A DNA stretch of 64,000 bases from a virus (Duplodnaviria; Caudoviricetes), in the IMG/VR virus record IMGVR_UViG_3300037408_000437, positions 3,897-67,896 of that record, one strand, 5' to 3'. Positions 18,119 to 28,539 of this stretch are shown here, piece by piece. Numbering within the stretch: position 1 is the first letter of the stretch; each line of letters starts with the position of its first letter. The notes under the pieces are model-generated. The model made no database searches. It saw nothing but the letters and a program-made list of their open reading frames with translations, and was not told the DNA's origin. The position numbers were made by a program, and so were the translations under genes.

Positions 18119-20038
18119 CTACTCTTCTTCCGAAAGCACCGCCGCCGCGATGCCGTTAGCCGCCGACATGGCTCCTGTCGCCATATTCGCCATAATATTA
18201 GCGCCCTGGGCATTAACTTCAGCGATAGCCCGGAGCCGCTCCAGCGCGACCTTCATCAATTCGACGTTGCGTTCCTGCGTGAGTTCGTAAGCATCCAACT
18301 GCCCTTCCTGCTTTTTCGCCTGGAACTCAAACTCGGATTGTGTTTCTCGCAGCGCCAGCTTGGCATCGGCAAGGGCGTTGTCGGCGATGACTTCGTACTT
18401 CTTTAACTCGTAGGCGTTTTCTAAAGATTCCTTCTCCAACACCGTAATCGCCGCCTTAACCCGCAGTTCAAACTCCTCAATAATCGCCTCGTTGCGAGTA
18501 GATTCCGCTTCAACGACCGACTGTTTGGTTTCCAGCAGTTGCAAGAAACCACGCACTTTAGCTTCGTAGCCCTCTACCTTTTTAAGTTGCCCTTGCACCT
18601 TGGCCACGTCGCCGTCGATGTTGGCGACTCGGGCGGCGATTTGTGCTTCATGCGCGTCGATACGAGCGCTGTAGGCTTTTACCAGTAGCACGAAGCGCTC
18701 CACCCCGAATTGCTTGAACCGTACCTCCCCACGCGCCGCTGCCACCAGCGAAGCATACAGCGCTACTTTATTCTGGGCGTTGGCTGCTTGGGATTGGTAG
18801 GTCTGGATCGTGGCAGCGTCGTTATCCTGCTTGGACTCTTCTACTTGCAAATTGGCGCGAGCGACCTCATACGTCAGCAGTGCCACCGTCAAGTTAGCTT
18901 CAAACAGTTTAAGCTGTGCTTCTGCCCGCTGGAAGTCGATATCCTGCTTCGTAAAATTTTCAGCTTCATACTGCGCCAGCAACGCGGCAACCGACGCCTT
19001 GGCATACGCCAGAGCTTGCTGGTGGGCTTCCAGCACCAAACCTATCTCATCGGATTTGAGCTTCTGCATCGCCGAAATGAAGCTGGCTAGCAGTTCGCCA
19101 CACGCCTCGAAGAACGCTAGCGCCAGTTCCGAAGTCTGTGCGTCTACCGCATTGCCAGCGTCAGCCGCCCAGGCATCAGCCAGTTGGGCGACGACAGTCT
19201 GCCTTGCCAGTTGCACCGCTGCCGGCAACTCCCAACCCGACCGATCTGTCAGCGCCGCAGCTGCCCGTGCCCGTTCGTCGGCCAGTCGAATAGTCATTCG
19301 AGTGCGAATATCATCTTGAAACGCCAGCACCGCGCTCTGCTTGGCGGCCAAGCGGGCGGAGATAACCTCCAGCGCCGCCGGCAATACCGCATCCAAAGTG
19401 GTCCGCGTCCATTCACGCAGTTCTGACAACAGGTCGTCCAGCCCAGGAATGTTACCGATCCCGCCGAAGATGGCGGACTTGAACCGGGCGAACGCTGCGT
19501 CGAATACTTCTGGATCGAAAGCAACGGTCGTATCGATAGCCGCGAAAGCGGGTGCTGAGACCGATAGGCTTACTGAATCCACGGCGGACATTGCCAGGAA
19601 GTTGGGCGTGAAAGTGGATTCAGTATTAGGAATAGCTGGTAAAGTTTGATCGTCACCCGCGTTGGGAACGGAGGCGAAGAACGCCGGGATTCCCGCTACG
19701 TCGGGATAGTTGAAACTCGGAAACGTCAGGGTTGGGAACGGTGTGGTCGGGACGTAAACCCTGACAACATCCTGTTTTTGGGTATCAGGTACGTCTTCAA
19801 ATTCCACTTCTGGGAAATCAGGAAAGCCCGGCGGAGGGGGATCGTTTGGCGCAAAGTTAAAGCCGTTGTTTGGTTGCCACCCAAATCCTTCGGGCGCATA
19901 TGGAGGATCAGGAAATTCTATTTCCTCTTCCAGCGCGGCGACTGCCTCGCTTACCAAAATATCTGCACTAGCAGCCAACGAAGATGCTGCGCTGGTAGCG
20001 TGGGATAACAGCGTGGAGATATCAGAATCAGCACTCAT
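18119..20038 (-). CDS. Coiled-coil virion/ejection protein (paralog A)
   Basis: 639 aa; Pro-rich N-terminal third then long helical region; W.LP motif. Confidence 0.6.
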   Translation of the reverse strand: MSADSDISTLLSHATSAASSLAASADILVSEAVAALEEEIEFPDPPYAPEGFGWQPNNGFNFAPNDPPPPGFPDFPEVEFEDVPDTQKQDVVRVYVPTTPFPTLTFPSFNYPDVAGIPAFFASVPNAGDDQTLPAIPNTESTFTPNFLAMSAVDSVSLSVSAPAFAAIDTTVAFDPEVFDAAFARFKSAIFGGIGNIPGLDDLLSELREWTRTTLDAVLPAALEVISARLAAKQSAVLAFQDDIRTRMTIRLADERARAAAALTDRSGWELPAAVQLARQTVVAQLADAWAADAGNAVDAQTSELALAFFEACGELLASFISAMQKLKSDEIGLVLEAHQQALAYAKASVAALLAQYEAENFTKQDIDFQRAEAQLKLFEANLTVALLTYEVARANLQVEESKQDNDAATIQTYQSQAANAQNKVALYASLVAAARGEVRFKQFGVERFVLLVKAYSARIDAHEAQIAARVANIDGDVAKVQGQLKKVEGYEAKVRGFLQLLETKQSVVEAESTRNEAIIEEFELRVKAAITVLEKESLENAYELKKYEVIADNALADAKLALRETQSEFEFQAKKQEGQLDAYELTQERNVELMKVALERLRAIAEVNAQGANIMANMATGAMSAANGIAAAVLSEEE

Positions 20039-20041
20039 GGC

Positions 20042-21922
20042 CTATGCCTCTGCTAGCAATTCGGTGGTTCCCACGGCATTCAGCCCGGAGTAAGCCGCTT
20101 GCGCGATTCCGCCCAGCGTGCTCGCTCCTTGCGCCATGATCCGTCCCTGCGCGATAGCCTGATCGAGCGCCACGGCATGAATTTGCAGATTCTTTAACAA
20201 CGCCAGTTGATCTTCTTTCATCTCGTTCTGGGCGTTGAATAACGCCGTTTGATCCGCTAAATCCTGGTTAGCAAGAGTTAAATATTGTTCCTGCACCTCA
20301 GCGTCGAATCCTTTCACAAGTGCTCGCACCGCCAGATCGACGTTGCGGTCTACTTCACGCAACCACTGAACCGACGCGCCGGTTTGGGAATTGTAAGCGC
20401 CTAGTATCTGCTTCATCTCGTTAGCGCGAGCGCGGACCTTTATCAACGTCGCCCGCGCCAGAGACTGCTGCGCCTGCATTTCCGCTTCGTACAGTTTGGC
20501 TTCAGCAAGTTCGCCATCCGCCTTAGCCAAGTCGCCCTTGATCCTCGCCCGCAGCGCGGTATGTTCGGCAGTGGCGGCTTTTAACCGGGCTTGGTATGCC
20601 TGTACTTCCGCGTCGAACCGGGCAAAGTCTAGCTTGCGCCAATCCTGGTCTACCAGCAGATAATCAAGTTGCGTCTCGAATAACTTGACTCGGTTCTCGA
20701 TAAACTGAAAAGCAGTTTCGTCGATTCGTGCCTGGTTTTTATTATACGTCGATTTGAGCTTGTTGTTGGCGACCTGAATCGATAGCTTTTCCAGTTTGGT
20801 CTTTTCGATCTTCACCCTATCCTCAGTGCGACGGACTTGGGTTTCGTTGTATCGCACCAGCATTTGCAGTTCCCGTTCCTTGAACTTGAGAACTCGCAAC
20901 GCCAGGTCCAGCGTTTCGCTCGCGCCTTCCAGCGCCAGCAACAGCCCTTTCATTCGCCAGGACGCTTCCTGGCTTTGCAGCCGTAACGCCGCTTCCGCCA
21001 TGCTCAATGCCGCTCGCAACGCCCACTGTACGTGCTTGACTTCCTGCTGCTGGCGAGCGTTAGCGGTCTTGGCGGCGGCTTGCGCCAGAGCCTGCAAGGT
21101 TTGCAGTTCCAGCCGTAATTCCGCATAGCCGCGTTGCCCGGACGGCAGTCCGGTTATACCACCCGGCCCGGTGTCGATTTGGTCCAGCGCGGCATACCGC
21201 TTGTCGTAGGCGTCTTGCTGGGCTTGCTCGTAGGTCTGGGTTTCCCAGGTGTCCGGCAAGCCCGGCTCCGATCCGTCGAGAATTCCACGCAACCGTTGTT
21301 GCAGCGCCGCTTCCATCGGTAGCAGGGTGGTGCGAAGGCGCTGGAAATAGTCAGTCCATTCCGCGAACGCATCGTCCATCAAGTCGATGCCGGTTTCGTA
21401 CTCGCTGAAAAAATCGCCATCGAACTCAGTAAAGGTCGGCAGCGGTACGTCAGGCGGGTCTCCGCTCGTCACATCGACCGACACTTCAGTAGGAACCGTC
21501 GCGACCGGGGGTAACAGCGTATCCAGTTCAGGCGCTACCGGAATGACGGTTAGCGGCGTGATGGCTGGTGGCGTGTCCGTGAACTCGGCGGGCTCGGTTA
21601 AAGTAGGATAAGAGAAGTTGGGGAACGATAGAGTTGGTTTGGTCCCAGTAAACGTATCGGTAATATCGGTCAATTCCTGCAAGTCATCCATTTCTGGCAA
21701 CTCTAGGTCCGTTATACCAGGAACGCTCGGCGGTCTGGGCAGCCGACTAGCATCCACTAAATTCTGATCAACCTCGTACTCAAGCGCGGCGGCAGCCGGA
21801 GTACGCAAGGTCTGCGCTGTTTCGTCGGCGGCTTTGATAAGCGAATATGCCGAATTCCGATAAGATGTGGATAGGCTTTGTAAACTTGACAACAAACCAC
21901 TAATAGCCGATGAAGCGCTCAA
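20042..21922 (-). CDS. Coiled-coil virion/ejection protein (paralog B)
   Basis: 626 aa; same architecture as the neighbouring gene. Confidence 0.6.
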   Translation of the reverse strand: MSASSAISGLLSSLQSLSTSYRNSAYSLIKAADETAQTLRTPAAAALEYEVDQNLVDASRLPRPPSVPGITDLELPEMDDLQELTDITDTFTGTKPTLSFPNFSYPTLTEPAEFTDTPPAITPLTVIPVAPELDTLLPPVATVPTEVSVDVTSGDPPDVPLPTFTEFDGDFFSEYETGIDLMDDAFAEWTDYFQRLRTTLLPMEAALQQRLRGILDGSEPGLPDTWETQTYEQAQQDAYDKRYAALDQIDTGPGGITGLPSGQRGYAELRLELQTLQALAQAAAKTANARQQQEVKHVQWALRAALSMAEAALRLQSQEASWRMKGLLLALEGASETLDLALRVLKFKERELQMLVRYNETQVRRTEDRVKIEKTKLEKLSIQVANNKLKSTYNKNQARIDETAFQFIENRVKLFETQLDYLLVDQDWRKLDFARFDAEVQAYQARLKAATAEHTALRARIKGDLAKADGELAEAKLYEAEMQAQQSLARATLIKVRARANEMKQILGAYNSQTGASVQWLREVDRNVDLAVRALVKGFDAEVQEQYLTLANQDLADQTALFNAQNEMKEDQLALLKNLQIHAVALDQAIAQGRIMAQGASTLGGIAQAAYSGLNAVGTTELLAEA

Positions 21923-24354
21923 CGTGGCCTCCTCGATAGCGGATAAACAGAAATTTCAACACCACCTACATCCAGCCGCCCGCCGTCCCGATTCTCCAGG
22001 ACCAGCCCGAGCGAGTGGAAGGTAATGCCGCGTCCGACCTTAACTCGGTGGGTGCCCATGCCGGGCGAGGCGTCGGTGCTGGTCTGGTACGTCCAGGACG
22101 CGACTTCATCCTGAACGAGCGTCAGAGTAACGCCGTCGTCCTCGCGGGTGTTCAGATAAACCACCCCATCCAGCCGCTTCGCCAGATAAGTGCCAAACTG
22201 CTGTGGTGCGAATCGGATAGTGGCAGCGATGGCGGTGCCGCTGTCGTCGTCGCCGTCCAGTCTGATCAGCGCTCCATCCCGCAGTCCGTACAGCCTGCCA
22301 TGTGCGGTTACCAGCTTATCAAATGCGCCTAGCAGCAGTTGCGTGACTGCGCCGGTTGACAGGTTGATAGCGTAGGTGGTTTCGGTGGTGGCTCCGGCGG
22401 TGGCTCCGTCGAGGTACCCATACGCAGTCCAAGCCGGCAAAGTCGCCGTGCCGGTCACCCAACTGCCGTTCAGTACGTCGCCGGTTGCCGTCCACGGAGA
22501 GAGCGTCACCGCGCCCGATACGATACTGCCTGTCGTGACGGTTCCCGATCCTATCCAGCGCGGCAGCGTCGCGCTCCCACTCAGCCGGGCGGGATTGCTT
22601 ACCGTACCACTAGCCACCCATACCGGGAAAGTGACTTCGGCAACCGCTCCGGTATTTCCTGCCGCCGTCCACACGGGCAGCGTTACGGATGCTCTAGCTA
22701 TTGTCTGAGTCTGAATGGTCCCGCTTGCAGTCCACTCGGAAAGTTCAACCGACCCAGTAACCCAGCCCGGCGAAGTAACCGTACCTGCCACCGTCCATTC
22801 CGGCAATTCCGACTTCCCACTTACTCCTACCCACCCGTCAGCCGTCCATTGCGACAGCGTGACGGTACCGCTAATCCCACTTTGGCTTATCTCTCCGTCG
22901 GCGGTCCAGTCAGGAAATGTTACCGAGCCAGTCAAAAAGATTGGTTCTATAGAGGGTGAAGCCGATGGACTAACAGATGGTGATTGTGATGGTGATAAAG
23001 ATGGAGATAGCGATGAGCTAGCCGATGGTGACGCAGATGGAGACTTTGATGGACTACTAGATGGAGAAAAAGATGGAGATACAGAAGGTGATAATGACGG
23101 TGACTCAGAAGGACTTTCAGAAGGTGATAATGACGGTGACTCAGAAGGACCTTCAGAAGGACTTAACGACGCAGATGGAGATTGAGATGAACTAATGGAC
23201 GGGCTTAGTGAAGAAGATGGAGATTCAGATGGACTAATGGACGGGCTTAGTGAAGAAGATGGAGATTCAGATGGACTAATGGACGGGCTTAGTGAAGAAG
23301 ATGGAGATTCAGATGGACTAAGTGACGGGCTAATAGAAGCCGACGGTGACTCCGATGGAGACTGCGATGGAGACAAACTTGCAGATGGAGATTGAGAAGG
23401 ACTTAACGACGCAGATGGAGATTGAGAAGGACTTACCGAAGGAGACCCAGAAGGGGCACTGTCTTTATAAGGATGGTCAGATGGAAGATCGGCCTCTAAT
23501 CCCCATTTGTGGGCAAGATAACCTTCCATGCGTTGTCGGTCGTCATCAGACAACGCATCTGCTACCGCTACAATCTCTAAAATTCTTCCACTATGGTAGG
23601 TTGTTGCTCTTCTTCCAATATAAACCATCGTTGCGCCAGAAGCTAAAGACGGCGCGGTTTGTGGACTCCCTACTAAACTCCCTCTAATCCAGAGTGTTGC
23701 ATTAGAAGAATCACGCTTTAATGCACTAATAAATACGCCAGTCGAAGTATTAGCCGTTCCGTGAGTATTATAACCGGAAAGGGTTGATCCAAGCGCTGAA
23801 TAACGAACATTATCTGTAAACCATTGTAGTGCATAAGGTGGAGCATTTACTGAATCTCCACCAATACACAGCGTCATAGTTCCAGATGAGGCTCGACCAA
23901 ATACCTCAAACACAGTCATATTTGTACTGAGTGGTAATCCTTTATCAGTATTAATTCTTGCTAAATTATCGTTTGATCCATCAAAACTAACTGCATTTAA
24001 ACCATTAACGACTTCTGTTTCATATGTTGGCTGGCTACTAGAGGTTCCGTTTGTCCAATGCCTTGCATTACCACTCTTATCATCCCATTGACTGACCTTG
24101 CCACTACTCAGCGTGATTGTCCCAGCATCTGCGGCATCCAGCCACAGTGCGGTAGTAATTTCAGCAGGAGTCCATGTCGCAGAAGGACTAACAGACGGTG
24201 ATAACGACGGCGATAGAGATGCCGATGGGGATTGTGAAGGACTTATTGATGGACTTAAAGATGCCGATGGACTTACAGATGGACTTTCTGACGGACTAAG
24301 AGATGCTGATTGAGACAACGATGAAGATTCTGAAGGACTTGGCGAAGCAGCCAT
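21919..24354 (-). CDS. Tail protein with Ser/Pro repeat linkers and a LamG/ConA-like domain
   Basis: (SPSxS)n tracts; LWLDAAD...SQWDDKSGN...RMEGYLAHKWGL domain; C-terminal YAINL.TGAVT...FGT..KR module. Confidence 0.7.
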   Translation of the reverse strand: MAASPSPSESSSLSQSASLSPSESPSVSPSASLSPSISPSQSPSASLSPSLSPSVSPSATWTPAEITTALWLDAADAGTITLSSGKVSQWDDKSGNARHWTNGTSSSQPTYETEVVNGLNAVSFDGSNDNLARINTDKGLPLSTNMTVFEVFGRASSGTMTLCIGGDSVNAPPYALQWFTDNVRYSALGSTLSGYNTHGTANTSTGVFISALKRDSSNATLWIRGSLVGSPQTAPSLASGATMVYIGRRATTYHSGRILEIVAVADALSDDDRQRMEGYLAHKWGLEADLPSDHPYKDSAPSGSPSVSPSQSPSASLSPSQSPSASLSPSQSPSESPSASISPSLSPSESPSSSLSPSISPSESPSSSLSPSISPSESPSSSLSPSISSSQSPSASLSPSEGPSESPSLSPSESPSESPSLSPSVSPSFSPSSSPSKSPSASPSASSSLSPSLSPSQSPSVSPSASPSIEPIFLTGSVTFPDWTADGEISQSGISGTVTLSQWTADGWVGVSGKSELPEWTVAGTVTSPGWVTGSVELSEWTASGTIQTQTIARASVTLPVWTAAGNTGAVAEVTFPVWVASGTVSNPARLSGSATLPRWIGSGTVTTGSIVSGAVTLSPWTATGDVLNGSWVTGTATLPAWTAYGYLDGATAGATTETTYAINLSTGAVTQLLLGAFDKLVTAHGRLYGLRDGALIRLDGDDDSGTAIAATIRFAPQQFGTYLAKRLDGVVYLNTREDDGVTLTLVQDEVASWTYQTSTDASPGMGTHRVKVGRGITFHSLGLVLENRDGGRLDVGGVEISVYPLSRRPR
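22947..23455. repeat. Ser/Pro-encoding repeat tract including a 42-bp unit x3 (23191-23321)
   Basis: ACTAATGGACGGGCTTAGTGAAGAAGATGGAGATTCAGATGG repeated three times; second SPS tract near 24183-24354. Confidence 0.9.
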
Positions 24355-24356
24355 TA

Positions 24357-26687
24357 TTATTTACTCCATCTGATCGGATAGATGTCAGGGTCAGATATTC
24401 TAAAAGTAACCCCAGAAAATGAAGTACTAAAAGCTAGAAGCGCAACCGTATCAATGGTCTGGCCTTTTACGTTACAATACGATGCTTTTGCTGATTGCAT
24501 ATCGCTAAAACTGTCCTCCTGATACATCCAAATGCTGGTTCTAGTTGCTGGATTAGGGTCAGCTTTGGTTGCTAAATGCGTTTCTTCCCAATCAAAGCAA
24601 CATGAATAAGACCCAAAGATTCCTGCCGAAGCATAATAGGCGTCATCAGGTAAAAATACCCGTGCAGGTTTATTGTGCTCTGGAGCATTTTTATAAACAA
24701 ATACATAATCATTAACGTTTTTACTAGGAGATGCTGGATCGGCACCAAAAACCGTTGTTTGACTATCAAAATCCGACAAATTAGCAATTTGTTCCGATGC
24801 AATAACTCTATCCGTACCTTCTGTAAGTAGATGAAGTTTTGCAGTTATACTATCACTAGCTGACGTATATCCATTCTCCGTTTGAGTCATATTCTGGTAA
24901 TAATCCCCGTCAATCCGACCGCCTTCATCATCAACAAAGTCGGTATTTAGCCGTTTATAGAAAAAATTTTCTGAATCATATTCAACATTATGAGTATGTT
25001 CTGCTGTTATATAGGCAGCAGTTTTCATAGCTGCGTTTAAATAACGAATTTGACCTATATATCCGTTAGCAGAAAAAGAACTTTCATCAGTATACGTATT
25101 GTGGCTATTATAATATGCTCTACCCCTAAGAAAAAATCCTTGGTTATAGTAATCGTAATTGTCATACCAGTTTCTTTCTTCACTGTTACCTATTCCAGTA
25201 GACGAATAATCAGTCAGCGTAAAACGATATTCATCTTCATTAAAAACAATATCTACTTTTATATTATCAGTTATTTCATACTCTAAATCAATTTCAGTAC
25301 CACCATACCTATGTAATACAGTTTGAAATGCAAAAACGCCAGAAGTTTTACTCCCCTCTGGAGGTGGGTGTGGTAAATACATAATATAAACAAGCGGTAT
25401 ATTATAACTATCAAGAGTGCTAGGTGTACCAGTGGTAATATTACTGGCTATTACTTTATATTCTATAGTAGATTCCATATTAACAAATCGTAATTCTTCT
25501 CCAACGTAATAAACAGCAATAGGAACATTAGAAGTAACTGTACTAACAAATGTTCTTGTATCGCCATTGAGTTCATTTGTTTGTTCATCATTACCAACGA
25601 AAAACTCATCTCGTAATGTTTCTAAACTCCAAGTTCCTTCCCCATCAATCATAATTTCATATTCTTTTAGTACAATCCCCCTAAATTTCGTTATTCCCTG
25701 ACCTTCTATCTCTCGAAATTCGTAATACAAACCCGCAAATCTTTTCCCAGACTCGCTAAATTTCCACACAAAGTTAGCCGGTATATCAACTAAACCATAA
25801 ACTTGATTGATTGATTCTAATACGAACGCCAATTCGGAATTTTTATATAATACAATCAAAAATCCGCCAGAAGCTATTACAGTCAGTATACTCTCTTCAT
25901 AAAATCCAACTCCACAAACATACCCATAGAGTATTGGAAAGCCAATCGCTACCTCTTTATTACAATAAACTACAGGACTAAGCACCCGTCTACTAGTAGA
26001 CCCATCTCCATTAGGATGTGCATAAGCAAAACCATAACATAGTTTTAGCTCATTATCATATAGAAGATATGGATTATATACAGCTAAATCCGCAGTTTTA
26101 CCTTCCAAGTGAACTTCAGAAGAAGTTTGGAATAATATGGGCGCAGGAAAATCCCCGCGTTCAGTATGCCAAAACGAATATACTTTTTTGTTACTGGCTA
26201 TATAAAATTGATTTCCTACATTAAAATAATCTCTTCCATTTTTTATTACATATTCATCCTGCTTAGGTGGGACTTTATATGCAAGCTCCGTAAAAAACCG
26301 TTCAGGGGTATCTTTTTGTATCTGTGGTAAATCGTCAGGATCAACAAGAGGTAGTTCTTCAATGCGTTCCAGCAACCATGGGGTTTCTTTTTTTATGATA
26401 GAATTATAACTATAAAAGAATCCGAATGGATAAGCGTTATTTCGTTGAGAATAAACAAAACGCCTGGTTAAGACATTTTCTGCTTCAATCCAGACCTTAC
26501 AAATCCCATTTAGCTGCCCAGCTAAAGGAAAAATATTCTCTACACGAATCTTAACATTTGATCCCAGTTGATAAACCTTGCTAACAATCTTTAAATTATA
26601 ACACGCCCGCGCCAGTTTCTTGGCAATACCGACCCAAGGCGTTGCCGCCGCCGGGTCGCCAAGGAACAAAACGCGGGGGTGGATCAC
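24357..26687 (-). CDS. AT-rich tail / possible receptor-binding protein
   Basis: 776 aa in the tail module; Tyr/Asn/Phe-rich; visibly more AT-rich than its flanks. Confidence 0.5.
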   Translation of the reverse strand: MIHPRVLFLGDPAAATPWVGIAKKLARACYNLKIVSKVYQLGSNVKIRVENIFPLAGQLNGICKVWIEAENVLTRRFVYSQRNNAYPFGFFYSYNSIIKKETPWLLERIEELPLVDPDDLPQIQKDTPERFFTELAYKVPPKQDEYVIKNGRDYFNVGNQFYIASNKKVYSFWHTERGDFPAPILFQTSSEVHLEGKTADLAVYNPYLLYDNELKLCYGFAYAHPNGDGSTSRRVLSPVVYCNKEVAIGFPILYGYVCGVGFYEESILTVIASGGFLIVLYKNSELAFVLESINQVYGLVDIPANFVWKFSESGKRFAGLYYEFREIEGQGITKFRGIVLKEYEIMIDGEGTWSLETLRDEFFVGNDEQTNELNGDTRTFVSTVTSNVPIAVYYVGEELRFVNMESTIEYKVIASNITTGTPSTLDSYNIPLVYIMYLPHPPPEGSKTSGVFAFQTVLHRYGGTEIDLEYEITDNIKVDIVFNEDEYRFTLTDYSSTGIGNSEERNWYDNYDYYNQGFFLRGRAYYNSHNTYTDESSFSANGYIGQIRYLNAAMKTAAYITAEHTHNVEYDSENFFYKRLNTDFVDDEGGRIDGDYYQNMTQTENGYTSASDSITAKLHLLTEGTDRVIASEQIANLSDFDSQTTVFGADPASPSKNVNDYVFVYKNAPEHNKPARVFLPDDAYYASAGIFGSYSCCFDWEETHLATKADPNPATRTSIWMYQEDSFSDMQSAKASYCNVKGQTIDTVALLAFSTSFSGVTFRISDPDIYPIRWSK

Positions 26688-27454
26688 GGGAAGGTAATCG
26701 TCACTGCATCGAAGGTCGAGGTTCCGCCTACGGAAACCGTAGTGTTGGAAGCATCCAGTTCCGCGCCGGAAGTGGCAATCCGCATGTCGATACGTGGCAG
26801 CGTAGTCGAAATGCCCAGATCATCAGTAGCCGCACCCATCCACCTTACATAGCCCATGGTGCCCGCCGCGATCCCGATCATCTGCCAGGTTTGCCCAGAG
26901 TGCTTGGTAATCGCCCCGGAAGCCGCCACGTTCCACATAAGCCCGTTGGTTATGCCATACCCAACCTCAACCGCCGCCGCCGTGGCCGCCGACACATACA
27001 CTTCAGTCACGGTCTTAAAGGTGTTGGTGGTGTATACTGTAGTATTATTAGGGCCTTGTATATATTCGATGACTGCTTCGTCATCATCGCCCGTGCCGGT
27101 GATACGGAAGATTTTGGCTGACTCGTTACCAGTTCCATAGATAGAAACATAATACCCTACGCCCAGCGTACCTGCCGTTATTCCGTTAAGCGTAATAGTC
27201 CCCGGTGCGGCCGGACTAGATGACAGGCATACTCCATCGCGGTCGGTGGTTTGATACGACCCCCAGGCATAGGTACCGCCACTAGCAGTAACCTTACCAA
27301 GCAGAGTCCCGGTCGCGGCGGCATCGGCGGAAGCCGGTTGGGTGCCGCTGTAGACGTGCCCTATGCCACCTTTTAAAGACTTGGTAATCGTGCCATGCCC
27401 GCGAACGGAATTAAGAGCCTGATTTTTCAAGGCAGTAGAAATATATAAAGCCAT
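26684..27454 (-). CDS. Virion structural (tail) protein
   Basis: VYSGTQPASADAAATGTLL...GYVRW...TITFP family pattern; GAGGT RBS. Confidence 0.6.
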   Translation of the reverse strand: MALYISTALKNQALNSVRGHGTITKSLKGGIGHVYSGTQPASADAAATGTLLGKVTASGGTYAWGSYQTTDRDGVCLSSSPAAPGTITLNGITAGTLGVGYYVSIYGTGNESAKIFRITGTGDDDEAVIEYIQGPNNTTVYTTNTFKTVTEVYVSAATAAAVEVGYGITNGLMWNVAASGAITKHSGQTWQMIGIAAGTMGYVRWMGAATDDLGISTTLPRIDMRIATSGAELDASNTTVSVGGTSTFDAVTITFP

Positions 27455-27486
27455 CGTCAATACCTCATTTCGCCGTCACGGCGATC

Positions 27487-27512
27487 AAAAAAAGAGTCAG
27501 GTAATTCCCTGA
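27487..27512 (-). terminator. Putative intrinsic terminator
   Basis: TCAGG-GAATTA-CCTGA followed by CTCTTTTTTT on the minus strand. Confidence 0.5.
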
Positions 27513-27522
27513 ACGTGGGTTA

Positions 27523-28539
27523 TCAATTAATCGTGCCTGCTGCCGTCCATGCAGAAAATACTACCGTTCCAGATGTATATAGAACGCTGTACGGTATTAC
27601 TGATAAGGGGACATAAGGTTGCGCGCCGCGTCGAGTGGTCACCGCGCCAGTCTGTTGCACCACCGCATAGCGGCTGCCCTGGTAATCTAACATTGCTGCC
27701 GTCACTGTATTACGTTCGGTAATTGCTAGTTGCTTGTCCGTCAGATTTTCAAATGGTGCCGCCTTACACAGCCCGCGCTCTGACCAGAAGAACACTACAT
27801 CACGCTCGTCATAAACCAGACCATTCAGCGGAACGCCGTACTCCGCCACGCGAGTTAGTGGGCCGTCGTAAGGGTCTAGGTAAACCGCTCGGTCGGTAGC
27901 GATAACGAACGCCGAACTGGTATCCGCGAGTAAGGTAATCCGCCCGGCGAACAACTGATACTCACGCTCCAGCCGGAACTCGTGAGGGTATCCAGGCCGA
28001 CTCAGGTACAGCACGCTCCGATCACGCTCATCTTCCCAAGCTGCCACGGCAACCTGATCGCGGCGGACTCCTAGCAGGTTTCCCGGAGGCGGCGGATAAC
28101 TTATAGGATCGCCCACCGGGTAAGTATCAGTCGGCGCGGCTGGACATAACGACCCCCACGCAACGGCGCGGTCAGGATAAATCGCCCAGCGGGTCGTATC
28201 GCTCAACAAGAAGATGGCATATCCCAACTCTGCCCACTGAAACGGCGCGCCAGTTATCCCGGTGTGCAGAATCGTCGAGACCCCCTGATCGTCAATCTGC
28301 ACTAGCCGGTCGCTGGCATCGATAGCCAGCAAGCGCCCGTCCCGCGTTCCGTGAACGTCCTTTAATCCGGAGCCGGCGAAAGCGGTCAACCCAGGCCGGC
28401 GAGTCAGGAAACTGGCGTCGTCGCATAGCACGTTGTCGGCTTGCAGTTGCCATTCCAGCCCCAGTCGAATCGGGTCTATTCGGTTGTTTAAACCCTTGAA
28501 CCCATCTACCTTGGGAAACTGGCGAGGTTCGTCAGCCAT
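27523..28539 (-). CDS. Tail nozzle/stabilisation-like protein
   Basis: N-terminal GFKGLNN motif and predicted beta-rich body typical of podovirus nozzle proteins. Confidence 0.55.
   Translation of the reverse strand: MADEPRQFPKVDGFKGLNNRIDPIRLGLEWQLQADNVLCDDASFLTRRPGLTAFAGSGLKDVHGTRDGRLLAIDASDRLVQIDDQGVSTILHTGITGAPFQWAELGYAIFLLSDTTRWAIYPDRAVAWGSLCPAAPTDTYPVGDPISYPPPPGNLLGVRRDQVAVAAWEDERDRSVLYLSRPGYPHEFRLEREYQLFAGRITLLADTSSAFVIATDRAVYLDPYDGPLTRVAEYGVPLNGLVYDERDVVFFWSERGLCKAAPFENLTDKQLAITERNTVTAAMLDYQGSRYAVVQQTGAVTTRRGAQPYVPLSVIPYSVLYTSGTVVFSAWTAAGTIN

Noticed and set aside
21919-28539. Diversity-generating retroelement acting on tail genes
   Set aside because: No reverse transcriptase and no template/variable repeat pair with adenine-specific mismatches seen
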